The notes: generated by a model not told the origin, from the letters alone. Shown: positions 1 to 9,493, numbered from the stretch's first letter. The stretch is 64,000 bases of DNA from an uncultured Erysipelotrichaceae bacterium (GCA_949289855.1 CASEPS010000003.1:6587-70586); one strand, 5' to 3'. Made by a program: numbers and translations.

Positions 1-157
1 CTATGAGAATCATTATGTCAGACAACAATACCTCCCGGACAGAATCAAAGACATGCCATTTTACTGCATGTCAGATGTTGCCTATGAAGGCAGGTTACAG
101 AAGTATTATCAGATGATTGGCAAGCCATACCATCATGAGGAGAAAAGAAAGAAATGA
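1..157 (+). CDS. rarA: Replication-associated recombination protein A, C-terminal fragment (partial, runs off window start)
   Basis: Frame from position 2 reads YENHYVRQQYLPDRIKDMPFY...KRKK*, matching the MgsA/RarA C-terminal motif; its TGA overlaps the next ATG. Not in the ORF track. Confidence 0.8.
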   Translation, partial: YENHYVRQQYLPDRIKDMPFYCMSDVAYEGRLQKYYQMIGKPYHHEEKRKK

Positions 158-720
158 AACTGAAGGAATTATTAAAGAATTGCAGAACAATCCGAAGATT
201 CAAACAGACATGTATACCTGAAACGGATATCCTCGATATCCTGGACAATGTCCGCTATGCCCACTCTGGCAACAACAGACAAAAGCTGCGCTATTATGTT
301 GTTCAATCAGATGAAGGGCGTTACATCATGGAACAGCTTGTGCACTATGCTGCACTTCTTCCAAAGGAAATGGGTGAACCAAATGAAGGTGAACGACCAG
401 ATACGTATATTGTGATAGCTTCTGATGAGGATTCCAAAATCATTCATTTTGATGCGGGAATTGCGGCTGAAATCATTTGTGAAAGTGCTTATGAAAAAGG
501 GATTGGCAGCTGCATTATTGCTAACTTTGCACCTTCTGTTCTCGATGAAGCAATCCATATTGCGGAAGGATATCATTCTCTGCTTGTCATCGCACTTGGC
601 TATCCGGCATGTACTTCGGTTGTTGAAGATTATTCAGACAGCACAGCTTACTGGGTTGATGAAAATGGTGGCTGGCATGTACCGAAACTGAATGTGAAAC
701 AGATTATGCGAAAAAGATAG
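154..720 (+). CDS. Nitroreductase family protein
   Basis: 188 aa; N-terminal RTIRRF, AHSGNNRQ and GIGSCII...ALGYP motifs of the nitroreductase fold. Confidence 0.85.
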   Translation: MKLKELLKNCRTIRRFKQTCIPETDILDILDNVRYAHSGNNRQKLRYYVVQSDEGRYIMEQLVHYAALLPKEMGEPNEGERPDTYIVIASDEDSKIIHFDAGIAAEIICESAYEKGIGSCIIANFAPSVLDEAIHIAEGYHSLLVIALGYPACTSVVEDYSDSTAYWVDENGGWHVPKLNVKQIMRKR

Positions 721-748
721 TTTACAGTTTAGAATCTTGTGGTACTAT
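721..748 (+). promoter_or_regulatory. Sigma-A promoter for the MATE locus
   Basis: TTTACA (721-726), 16-nt spacer, extended -10 TG-G-TACTAT (740-748). Confidence 0.55.
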
Positions 749-828
749 TTTTTAGCAATGTCAAACTTCTTCGCTAAAACGTCAGAAACTCTCGAAGAGG
801 GTCGGTTGTACGAAGGAGGTTTTTTATT

Positions 829-2169
829 ATGAACAAAATGGAATCCATGGAAATCAAAAGACTTGTTTTCAGCATGTCTTTGCCGATTATCATTTCCATG
901 CTTGTACAGGCACTGTACAACATTGTCGACAGTATTTTCGTCGCTGGTATCTCCCAACAGGCACTGCTTGCGGTATCCCTGTGCTACCCTATACAAACTA
1001 TCATGGTGGCGATTGCCTGTGGTCTTGCGGCAGGTTTTAACACCGTACTTGCTGGTTACCTTGGCGAAAAGAACTTCAAAATGGCAGATGCCACATTAAC
1101 CCATGGTATTTATCTTTCATTGCTTTGTGCAGTCATATTTGCCATATTTGGTTTAACCTGCGCAGAATGGTTCCTGCATTTCTTTACAGTTGATACGGAA
1201 GTCATCGCCATGGGTGCTTCCTATATCCGTATTTGTACATTGTTTTCCTTTGGCGTCTTTGTACAGATTACGTATGAACGCATCATGCAGGCAACGGGAA
1301 ATGTCATCTATAACATGATTCTGCAGGGGGCAGGGGCATTGATCAATATCATCCTTGATCCAGTATTGATCTATGGTTACTTTGGATTTCCACAACTTGG
1401 GGTTGCTGGTGCTGCTATTGCGACAGTCATTGGCCAGCTTGCAGCAATGGGCATCGGTATTCTGCTTGTCAGATGCAAAGTCAGAGAACTTCATGTAAAA
1501 CTCTTCCCTGTTTCCTTTTCTGCTCTGATCACAAGAAAAATACTGGTCATTGCCATTCCTTCCATGTTAATGCAGTCGGTATTAAGCTTTATGACCGTCT
1601 TCATGAATATGATCCTTTCCGCTTTCTCGGCAATGGCAATTTCGGTATTCAGCGTCTATTACAAATTACAGCAATTTGTCTTTATGGCCGTTTCTGGTAT
1701 GACAAATGCATTGATCCCCATCATTGCTTATAACCATGGGGCAAAGCGGTATGACCGTATCATACAGGCTGCTGATTTTTCATTGCTGTTGGCAGCAGGC
1801 ATCATGTTATGTGGAACAATCCTCTTTGAACTGTTTCCAAAAGAACTGCTAACCATGTTCAATGCGGATAGTGAGATGTATGCCATCGGCATACCGGCAC
1901 TCCGCATCATTAGTATAAGTTTTATTGCGGCAGGACTGACCATGGTCATCTGTTCCATCCTGCAGGCATTAAACCTTGCCAGGGCGTCCCTTGTGCTTAC
2001 CCTGTTAAGACAGATGGTCATTCTTCTGCCATTAACCTATATGCTTGCCCGTTTTGTTTCTCTTTCCTTTGCCTGGTGGGCATTTCCCATTACAGAAGTA
2101 TTCACTGCCGGATGTGCATTGTTGTTTTACCGGAAGGTGAAAGGGAATCTCAAATTACAATTGGCATAA
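829..2169 (+). CDS. MATE family efflux transporter
   Basis: 446 aa, about 12 hydrophobic segments; LYNIVDSIFV, NIILDPVLIYG and GVAGAAIAT MATE motifs. Confidence 0.92.
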   Translation: MNKMESMEIKRLVFSMSLPIIISMLVQALYNIVDSIFVAGISQQALLAVSLCYPIQTIMVAIACGLAAGFNTVLAGYLGEKNFKMADATLTHGIYLSLLCAVIFAIFGLTCAEWFLHFFTVDTEVIAMGASYIRICTLFSFGVFVQITYERIMQATGNVIYNMILQGAGALINIILDPVLIYGYFGFPQLGVAGAAIATVIGQLAAMGIGILLVRCKVRELHVKLFPVSFSALITRKILVIAIPSMLMQSVLSFMTVFMNMILSAFSAMAISVFSVYYKLQQFVFMAVSGMTNALIPIIAYNHGAKRYDRIIQAADFSLLLAAGIMLCGTILFELFPKELLTMFNADSEMYAIGIPALRIISISFIAAGLTMVICSILQALNLARASLVLTLLRQMVILLPLTYMLARFVSLSFAWWAFPITEVFTAGCALLFYRKVKGNLKLQLA

Positions 2170-2220
2170 TGTTTCAGTTCTTTGTCCGTATAATAATCAT
2201 TTGGAAAGAAGGTAGTACGA

Positions 2221-3579
2221 ATGGAAAAAACAAAGGGGAATGTAGACCTGCTTCATGGTCCTATTTTGAAATCACTGATGCTGTTCATGATTCCGATTGT
2301 GATCTCCAGTGCATTTCAGCAGCTGTATAATGCCGCTGATACGGCAATTGTCGGTAATTATCTCGGTGAAAACAGCCTTGCCGCAATTGGTTCATGTGCA
2401 TCGGTCTTTGAATTATTTGTCGGATTTGCAATGTCTTTAGCAAATGGTTTCTGTATTGTTGTAGCACGTGCTTATGGCAGTGGTGACAGCCTGAGACTGC
2501 GTAAGGCAGTTGCCGGATCGATGATCATCGGTTTTGCAACAACCATTTTCATCACCATTGCTTCAATGTTTCTGTTGAGTCCATTGTTACAGCTCATCCA
2601 GACACCGGCAGAAATCTTTGATGAATCTTTGACATATATCACATGGATTGCCATGTTCATTGTCATCATGTTTGCCTATAACCTGTTTTCGGGTTTATTG
2701 CGTTCGATTGGCAACTCTGTAATGCCGCTTGTGTTCCTTGTTTTCTCTTCTATTTTGAATATCTTCCTCGATATTCTTCTCATCACAACATTTTCCATGG
2801 GCATTGCGGGTGCTGCTATTGCGACTGTCATTTCCCAGGGTGTTTCCGTTGTCCTCTGTGTGATTTACATTTATGCCAAAACACCATTCCTTGTTCCGCA
2901 TAAGGAAGACTTTGCTGTGGATGGAGAACTGATGAAGGACCTTGCCGGACAAGGCTATGCCATGGCTGTCATGGGTTCCATTGTTTCCTGTGGTTCCATC
3001 ATCCTGCAGTCTGGTATCAACTCACTTGGTACAGATATCATTGCAGGTCACGTTGCAGCAAGAAAGATCTATGCCGTATGCAATCTGCCATTTATTTCCA
3101 TCGGTACTGCGATTTCAACATTTATCGGACAGAATATGGGTGCTGACCAGCCAGACAGAATTCTCAAATCATTGCGCATTGGTGTGATTTATAACATCAT
3201 TGCGGCGACTGTTGTGACCGTGTTCCTGTTCTTTGCGGCAAGACCTCTTGTTGCCCTCATTTCCGGTTCAACAAATGATGTCATTTTGTCCAATGGTTCA
3301 TTGATGTTATATGTCGTTGGTCCGTTCTATGCTGTGCTTGGCATTCTCATGCAGTCACGCTTTGCCCTGCAGGCACTTGGTGAAAAACTGTTACCGATGA
3401 TTTCGAGTGTCATTGAATTTGTTGGCAAGATTCTGTTTACTGCGATATTTATTCCAATGTTTGGCTATACGGCTGTCGTATTCTGCGAACCGTTGATCTG
3501 GTGTGCCATGACGGCACAGCTGTTGTTCTGCCTGAACCGGAATCCATATATCCGCCGGGCAAGACAGATGCTTAAGTAA
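2221..3579 (+). CDS. MATE family efflux transporter (second, tandem)
   Basis: 452 aa; FQQLYNAADTAIVG, NIFLDILLI and GIAGAAIAT motifs. Confidence 0.92.
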   Translation: MEKTKGNVDLLHGPILKSLMLFMIPIVISSAFQQLYNAADTAIVGNYLGENSLAAIGSCASVFELFVGFAMSLANGFCIVVARAYGSGDSLRLRKAVAGSMIIGFATTIFITIASMFLLSPLLQLIQTPAEIFDESLTYITWIAMFIVIMFAYNLFSGLLRSIGNSVMPLVFLVFSSILNIFLDILLITTFSMGIAGAAIATVISQGVSVVLCVIYIYAKTPFLVPHKEDFAVDGELMKDLAGQGYAMAVMGSIVSCGSIILQSGINSLGTDIIAGHVAARKIYAVCNLPFISIGTAISTFIGQNMGADQPDRILKSLRIGVIYNIIAATVVTVFLFFAARPLVALISGSTNDVILSNGSLMLYVVGPFYAVLGILMQSRFALQALGEKLLPMISSVIEFVGKILFTAIFIPMFGYTAVVFCEPLIWCAMTAQLLFCLNRNPYIRRARQMLK

Positions 3580-3627
3580 AACTGATTCGCATTGACTAAC
3601 TCTATCAGCGTATGTAAATATATTGAT

Positions 3628-3775
3628 GTTCGTGAGGGAGTAGTGAGCACATTGTGCAGCAAGTCAACATACTGGCATTTGCCTGGCTTGCTTTAAAACG
3701 CGAGACTTGCGTAGAGCTTTTTGCTGTACGTGAGAAACAATTGTCTTTGAGTACAGCAATACGCTGTACTTTTTT
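3628..3775 (+). ncRNA. yybP-ykoY (Mn2+) riboswitch with terminator expression platform
   Basis: GAGGGAGTAG (3634-3643), GTCAACATAC loop and GCGAGAC (3700-3706) fit the yybP-ykoY consensus. Terminator AGTACAGC-aatac-GCTGTACT-TTTTT at 3750-3775; competing strand TTGCTGTAC at 3721-3729; directly upstream of mntP. Confidence 0.85.
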
Positions 3776-3788
3776 GTTGGGAGGAACT

Positions 3789-4376
3789 ATGAATTTTGAT
3801 GCAGTTTTTTTTCTGAACAGTATTCTGCTTGGTACAGGCCTTGCTATGGATGCCTTTTCCGTATCGATGGCAAATGGTCTCAATGAACCGCGTATGAAAA
3901 GGGGAAGGCAGGGACTGATTGCCGGTGTATTTGCCTTATTCCAGTTTGCCATGCCGATGATCGGCTGGATTTGTGTCCATACTGTATTACAGTTGTTTGA
4001 ACAGTTTTCTATTCTTATTCCCTGGATTGCCCTCATTCTGCTTTGCTACATTGGTATTTCCATGATCAGAGAAGGCATGTCTGGAGATGAAGAGGAAGAA
4101 GCAGAAAAGGAAGTTGGTAATGGAAAGCTCTTTGTACAGGGCATTGCAACATCCATCGATGCCCTTTCGGTTGGTTTTACCATTGCCCATTACAATATGT
4201 TCATGGCACTGATTTCTACACTTATTATTGGTGCAGTAACATTTGTAATCTGCCTTGCTGGTCTTGAAATCGGCAAGAAGTTCGGTATGAAGCTGGCTGG
4301 CAAGGCTTCCATCTTTGGTGGTGTAATTCTCATCCTCATCGGTTTGGAAATCTTCATTTCTGGTGTATTCTTTTAA
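3789..4376 (+). CDS. mntP: Manganese efflux pump MntP
   Basis: LAMDAFSVS and ATSIDALSVG repeats; start moved to ATG 3789 after the GGGAGG RBS. Confidence 0.9.
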   Translation: MNFDAVFFLNSILLGTGLAMDAFSVSMANGLNEPRMKRGRQGLIAGVFALFQFAMPMIGWICVHTVLQLFEQFSILIPWIALILLCYIGISMIREGMSGDEEEEAEKEVGNGKLFVQGIATSIDALSVGFTIAHYNMFMALISTLIIGAVTFVICLAGLEIGKKFGMKLAGKASIFGGVILILIGLEIFISGVFF

Positions 4377-4391
4377 CAAGGAGGATTTGTT

Positions 4392-4751
4392 ATGGAAATA
4401 TTGCGTTATAAAGACCGCCCTGGAACAACCATGGAAAAACCAAAGGGTGGCGAAGGTGTAGTAGAATTCACAGCTGTTTTGCGTGATCCATCTGTTGTAG
4501 GAAACGAAATTGAGAAATTCAACATTGGCAAGCTTGCACCAGGTCATGGCCTTGGCTGGCATAGACACGAAGGCAACACAGAGACAATCTGTATAATTTC
4601 CGGAACTGCCGACTATACGGGCAATGAAGGAAAGCATTACACACTTGAAAAAGGGGACACTGCATTTTGTGACAATATGGAATTCCATTCCATGTATTGT
4701 ACAGGTGATGAACCACTGACTTTTATTGCATTGATTGTAAAGAAGGCATAA
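4392..4751 (+). CDS. Cupin domain protein
   Basis: 119 aa; GWHRHEGNTETICIISG and G-D-x(7)-H-S cupin metal motifs. Confidence 0.85.
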   Translation: MEILRYKDRPGTTMEKPKGGEGVVEFTAVLRDPSVVGNEIEKFNIGKLAPGHGLGWHRHEGNTETICIISGTADYTGNEGKHYTLEKGDTAFCDNMEFHSMYCTGDEPLTFIALIVKKA

Positions 4752-4753
4752 GA

Positions 4754-4777
4754 AAACGGTCAGCAATTGCTGGCCGT
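4754..4777. terminator. Terminator-like hairpin between convergent genes
   Basis: AACGGTCAGC-aatt-GCTGGCCGTT. Confidence 0.6.
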
Positions 4778-5415
4778 TATTCTATCGAAGCGAACATATC
4801 AAGATAAATCTCTTTTAATTCTTCCCGTTGTGCATCTGTGACCTGATATTCATCCAGGTGATCAGGGTCAAGGGAGAAGTCATCGACTACACCCATATGG
4901 TGGCTTACAATTTCACCATCTTTGACAGCGACAACTTCCGGTACCTGCATGACAGCTTTGTCTTCGCCGGTTTCCGGATCTTTTTCTCTTTCCAGTATTG
5001 GATCAAGACACTGGTAAAGGGCATTGATCTGGTCGCTCTTTTCCTCTGCAGTTAAAGCCATGAAAGCATCGGAATAGATGTTGACATAGAATACTTCAGT
5101 GCCATATTCCTTAGCGGCTTCGTCGAGAATCGGCAGAATTCTGTTGCACCATGGACAGGTTTCATAGCTATAGACAACAACACCTGTGCCATTGACAAAC
5201 ATTCTGAGGGATTCTTCGGTTGATACTTCAAGGAAAGCAGGATCATCATCTTCCATGAACACATAGGCAGACATATCTGCTTTGGTTGCATCGAGGTTGA
5301 TTTGTCCTGCATTATTTGTATTTTCGGGTGTACTTGTTGCGGATGGCTGGTTAGCTGTGGTATTACAGCCAGTCAAGAGCATAGCAGCAAGTATCGCTGA
5401 AATTGTCTTTTTCAT
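4777..5415 (-). CDS. Thioredoxin-like lipoprotein (CPWC)
   Basis: Start reassigned to MKKTISAILAAMLLTGC (lipobox, AGGAG RBS); low-complexity linker; YETCPWCNRILP and QVPEVVAVKDG thioredoxin motifs. Confidence 0.75.
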   Translation of the reverse strand: MKKTISAILAAMLLTGCNTTANQPSATSTPENTNNAGQINLDATKADMSAYVFMEDDDPAFLEVSTEESLRMFVNGTGVVVYSYETCPWCNRILPILDEAAKEYGTEVFYVNIYSDAFMALTAEEKSDQINALYQCLDPILEREKDPETGEDKAVMQVPEVVAVKDGEIVSHHMGVVDDFSLDPDHLDEYQVTDAQREELKEIYLDMFASIE

Positions 5416-5492
5416 ATGAGACTCCTTTCCTGCATACCCGGATATTATATGTGATCTTTCTGAACAAATGGTGAAGAAAAAGAGGCTGAGCC

Positions 5493-5864
5493 TCATTTTT
5501 TCCGGTTATCGATGATTTTGCCATTGGGAAGACGTACTTCCAGTGTATCTGACAATGACTTGTCAAACAGTTCATCCAGTTTGTCTTCCAGTGTTTCAGG
5601 CTTGCTGCTTTTGAAAAGATCACCCGATTCCGTAATGATCGGAATCTTCAACGTATCTTCACGGACTGCTTCATGCATACGGATAATACGATAAGAAGGT
5701 ACCTGTGAACTCTGCAAACCATTCACAAGAATGATGTCAAGGTCCCCATCACCTGCCATCTTTATTTCCTCAGCATTGGATATATAGCCGGAAACTTCGC
5801 TTCCATCATCCAGTTCTGCTGTTACAAATTTCGATAGATATAGTGCGATTTCGTTTGTTTTCAT
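5493..5864 (-). CDS. Hypothetical protein (possible Sm/SH3-like beta-barrel N-terminus)
   Basis: 123-aa ORF filling the gap, stop overlap-free, preceded by TG-T-TATAAT. Confidence 0.65.
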   Translation of the reverse strand: MKTNEIALYLSKFVTAELDDGSEVSGYISNAEEIKMAGDGDLDIILVNGLQSSQVPSYRIIRMHEAVREDTLKIPIITESGDLFKSSKPETLEDKLDELFDKSLSDTLEVRLPNGKIIDNRKK

Positions 5865-5949
5865 ACATGCATATTATAACAGTCTTTGTGAAAATATGCT
5901 CAATCAGTTGAACAATACGGTATAATTCTGACATCAACAGGAGGTGACT

Positions 5950-6972
5950 ATGTTCACATTTGAAAGTGATTATGTAGAAGGCTGTCATGAAAATATACTT
6001 GCGGAACTTTCCAGAAGTAACATGGAACAGCTTCATGGATATGGTAATGATCCATATTGTGAAAGGGCAAAGAAGAAAATTCTGGAAGCCTGTGGACTGA
6101 CACATGGATCCGTTGCTTTTCTTTCCGGGGGTACACAGACTAACCAGATCATCATCGATGCTTTTTTGAAATCCTATGAAGGTGTATTGTCCACAAGTTC
6201 AGGGCACATCAACTGTCATGAAGCAGGTGCGATAGAATTTGGTGGTCATAAGGTACTTGTTCTTCCAGAACATAATGGCAAGATGGATGCGGGTGAATTA
6301 AATGCATATCTGGAAAACTTCTATGGTGATGCCAACCATGAACATATGGTCTTTCCGGGCATGGTTTATATCACCTATCCGACCGAATATGGAACACTGT
6401 ATTCCCTTGATGAGCTGCAGGCAATCCGTACTGTTTGTGACAAATGGAAACTGCCTCTGTTTCTTGATGGTGCCCGCCTTGGTTATGGACTTGCGGCGCA
6501 GCCGGAAGTGACATTGCACGATATTGCGCGCCTTTGTGATGTTTTCTATATCGGTGGAACAAAATGTGGTGCATTGATTGGTGAAGCGGTTGTCTTTACA
6601 CATGATAATGAGCCGGCCCACTTCCAGACAATTGTCAAACAGCATGGTGCCATGCTTGCCAAAGGAAGGCTCATTGGTATTCAGTTTGATGTGTTGTTTA
6701 CGGATGATCTTTATACATCCATCTGTAAACATGCCATTGTTCTTGTCATGAAACTCAAACAGGGACTTGTTAAAAAAGGGTATGAACTCTTTATTGATTC
6801 CCCCACAAACCAGCAGTTTATCGTCTTGGAGAATACAAGAATGGAAGCGTTGAAGAAACAGGTTGGTTTTGGCTTCTGGGAAGCAGTAGATGAAAACCAT
6901 ACAGCGGTCCGTTTTGCCATCAGCTGGGCAACAACGGATAAAGCTGTGGATGAACTTCTTGCTCTGTTGTGA
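5950..6972 (+). CDS. ltaE: Low-specificity L-threonine aldolase (PLP)
   Basis: FESDY, GYGNDPY, SGGTQTN, HINCHEAGA, LDGARLGY and GGTKCG (PLP Lys) motifs; ATG 5950 after GGAGG. Confidence 0.88.
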   Translation: MFTFESDYVEGCHENILAELSRSNMEQLHGYGNDPYCERAKKKILEACGLTHGSVAFLSGGTQTNQIIIDAFLKSYEGVLSTSSGHINCHEAGAIEFGGHKVLVLPEHNGKMDAGELNAYLENFYGDANHEHMVFPGMVYITYPTEYGTLYSLDELQAIRTVCDKWKLPLFLDGARLGYGLAAQPEVTLHDIARLCDVFYIGGTKCGALIGEAVVFTHDNEPAHFQTIVKQHGAMLAKGRLIGIQFDVLFTDDLYTSICKHAIVLVMKLKQGLVKKGYELFIDSPTNQQFIVLENTRMEALKKQVGFGFWEAVDENHTAVRFAISWATTDKAVDELLALL

Positions 6973-7091
6973 ATGTTGTGATTCTATTATTTGTTTTGTG
7001 AGATAAATAGTGGTAATAATTATGAACTTTGTTCATTAATATTTGCATTCTTTCCATAAAAGGATAAGAATGCTAGAACAGAGGTGAAGAA

Positions 7092-7469
7092 ATGAGTAAG
7101 AAAAAAACTGGAACGATTGCCATGCTGAGAGTATTACAAAAATATTCTGACAGCGAACACATTTTATCAACGAGGGACATGATGCATTACCTTCATGATG
7201 ACTATGGCATCGATCTTGAAAGAAGAACGATGTATGACAACATGAATGTTCTGGAGAGCTTTGGATATAAGATCCACAGATATGAATCCGGTTCACTCGG
7301 CTACTATCTTGAAGAACGTACTTTCACAACTGCTGAGATTATTTCCACAAACAATTCTCTTTTGCATAATCCGGAAGTTTCTGATGAAGAACGTCATTCC
7401 ATCATTGACCGCATGCTGGGTGATTATAGTATCTACCAGAGAGAAGAAATCGAAAAAGAACTTGCGTAA
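7092..7469 (+). CDS. Stand-alone winged-HTH protein resembling the N-terminus of WYL-domain regulators
   Basis: LRVLQKYSDSEHILS...YGIDLERRTMYDNMNVLESFGY...GYYLEER pattern; GAGGTG RBS; ends before any WYL domain. Confidence 0.65.
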   Translation: MSKKKTGTIAMLRVLQKYSDSEHILSTRDMMHYLHDDYGIDLERRTMYDNMNVLESFGYKIHRYESGSLGYYLEERTFTTAEIISTNNSLLHNPEVSDEERHSIIDRMLGDYSIYQREEIEKELA

Positions 7470-7474
7470 AAGCC

Positions 7475-7505
7475 ATGACATCTGTATTACAGATGTCATT
7501 TTTGT
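7475..7505 (+). terminator. Intrinsic terminator
   Basis: ATGACATCTGT-att-ACAGATGTCAT followed by TTTTGT. Confidence 0.8.
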
Positions 7506-7519
7506 TAGAATAACCAGGT

Positions 7520-8233
7520 ATGAAACTGACATATGTGACAATGTTTCCGGAAAACTATGATGGATTTCTTGAAACAGTTCAAATCAAAAGAGCGAGAAAT
7601 AAAGGTATTCTTACTACGCAAATCGTAGATATCCGCGACTATGCGGATGGTAGTTTCCGTCATCTCGATGATTCACCATGTGGTGGTGGGGCTGGCATGG
7701 TTATGCGGTGTGAACCGGTTATCAAAGCCATCCGGGCAGCTTCCAGTGATAACAGCCGCATTATTCTGATGGATCCCTGTGGCAAGCCATTTACACAAAA
7801 GAAGGCACATGAGCTGGCAGAGCTTGAAGATATTGTCTTTGTGGCAGGACATTATGAAGGCTTTGATGCAAGGGTTTATGACGAGGCGGATGAATGCATA
7901 TCCATCGGCGACTATATTCTCACCGGTGGTGAGCTGGCAAGCCAGGTCATCAGCGATGCCATTGTAAGACTGCTGGATGGTGTCATACGCAAGGAAAGCC
8001 TTCAGGAAGAGTCATTTGAAACAATGCGCCTTGAATATCCCCAATATACACGACCGATTGAGTTTGAAGGGAAACGTGTGCCCGATGTGCTTTTGTCAGG
8101 CAACCATGCAAAGATCAATGCATGGCGCAAAAGGAAGGCACTGGAAAGAACAATGCAATACCGCAAGGATCTGATTGAGAAATACCCTTTGACAGATGCA
8201 GAAAGGGAAATATTGCGTGATCATTCTGATTGA
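7520..8233 (+). CDS. trmD: tRNA (guanine-37-N1)-methyltransferase
   Basis: DDSPCGGGAGMV, GHYEGFDAR, SIGDYILTGGE, LEYPQYTRP and VLLSGNHA motifs. Confidence 0.97.
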   Translation: MKLTYVTMFPENYDGFLETVQIKRARNKGILTTQIVDIRDYADGSFRHLDDSPCGGGAGMVMRCEPVIKAIRAASSDNSRIILMDPCGKPFTQKKAHELAELEDIVFVAGHYEGFDARVYDEADECISIGDYILTGGELASQVISDAIVRLLDGVIRKESLQEESFETMRLEYPQYTRPIEFEGKRVPDVLLSGNHAKINAWRKRKALERTMQYRKDLIEKYPLTDAEREILRDHSD

Positions 8234-8283
8234 CAATGCAAAAGATTCCGCAATAATAGCTTGTGGAACCTGAAGGAGGAAAT

Positions 8284-9477
8284 ATGGGAAAAAAGATAAC
8301 TGATCTTGTCACATGGGTTGGCAAGATTGACTGGCAGTTAAAGACATTTCATGGTGATGAACTTTCTACAAATCATGGTTCATCCTATAATGCATATCTC
8401 ATCCGCGATGAGAAGACTGTATTGATTGATACAGTATGGCAGCCATTCGATAAGGAATTTGTTGCAAGACTGAAAGAAGAAATCAATCTGCATGACATTG
8501 ACTACATTGTCATGTGTCACAATGAAGTAGACCATTCTGGTGCACTTGTTGAACTGATGCGTGAAATTCCGGATACACCGATTTACTGCACAGCAGCAGG
8601 TGAGAAGATTCTGCGCGGCATGTATCATCAGAACTGGAACTACATCAATGTCAAGACTGGTGATACACTCAACATTGGCAAGTCCACATTGACATTCATC
8701 CAGGCACCATTCCTGCACTGGCCGGATACAATGTTTGCGTATCTTGACTCTGAAGCAATTCTCTTCTCGAATGATGCTTTTGGTCAGCACTATGCAACAG
8801 AGTCTTTGTTCAATGATGTCAATTGCAAAGAAGAAATCTTTGCGGAAGCAATCAAGTATTATGCAAATATCGTCGCACCTTACAGCAACCTTGTTACAAA
8901 GAAGGTCAATGAAGTACTTGGCATGAACCTGCCAATTTCCATGATTGCACCAAGCCATGGTGTCATCTGGAGAGAAAACGTCACTGAGATTGTAGAGAAG
9001 TATCTTGAATGGGCTGATAACTATCAGGAAAACCAGGTTGCTATCATTTACGATACCATGTGGAATTCCACACGTATCATGGCTGAATGCATTGCGGATG
9101 GTATCCGTAACTATGATGAAACAATCAAAGTCAAGCTCATCAATGCCGCCAAGGAAGACAAGAGTGATATTCTGACAGAAGTATTCCGTTCCAAGGCTGT
9201 ATTGCTTGGCTCACCAACATACAACCACGGTTACCTTTACAGCATTGCTGGTATGATTGAAATCATCAAGGGCAGTGCCTTCAAGAACAAGAAGGGTGCA
9301 GCATTTGGCAGCTATGGCTGGAGTGGTGAAGCTGTCAAGAAACTCAGTGATGAACTTACTGCATGTGGCTTTGAAGTGGTAGATGAAGGTCTCAAAGGCA
9401 TCTGGGTACCAGATGATGCGATGATTGAAAACTGCCGCAAATATGGCTATGATTTCGCAAAGAAGATTTCTGAATAA
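8284..9477 (+). CDS. fprA: Flavodiiron protein (FprA/NorV-like; beta-lactamase plus flavodoxin domains)
   Basis: SYNAYLI, HNEVDHSG, LHWPD, FSNDAFGQH, PSHG, DTMWNST and FGSYGWSGE motifs; ATG 8284 after GGAGG. Confidence 0.92.
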   Translation: MGKKITDLVTWVGKIDWQLKTFHGDELSTNHGSSYNAYLIRDEKTVLIDTVWQPFDKEFVARLKEEINLHDIDYIVMCHNEVDHSGALVELMREIPDTPIYCTAAGEKILRGMYHQNWNYINVKTGDTLNIGKSTLTFIQAPFLHWPDTMFAYLDSEAILFSNDAFGQHYATESLFNDVNCKEEIFAEAIKYYANIVAPYSNLVTKKVNEVLGMNLPISMIAPSHGVIWRENVTEIVEKYLEWADNYQENQVAIIYDTMWNSTRIMAECIADGIRNYDETIKVKLINAAKEDKSDILTEVFRSKAVLLGSPTYNHGYLYSIAGMIEIIKGSAFKNKKGAAFGSYGWSGEAVKKLSDELTACGFEVVDEGLKGIWVPDDAMIENCRKYGYDFAKKISE

Positions 9478-9493
9478 TATGACTGCTATAAAG

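Noticed and set aside
3654-3788. Extended N-terminus of mntP in the ORF track; similar extensions at 5496, 24053, 33581, 43591, 47728, 59821 and 61384
   Set aside because: These extensions run through riboswitches, terminators or neighbouring genes; downstream starts have proper RBSs and match family lengths.
7022-7036. Possible LexA (Cheo) box
   Set aside because: The spacing is GAAC-N3-GTTC rather than the required N4; kept only as an unassigned palindrome.
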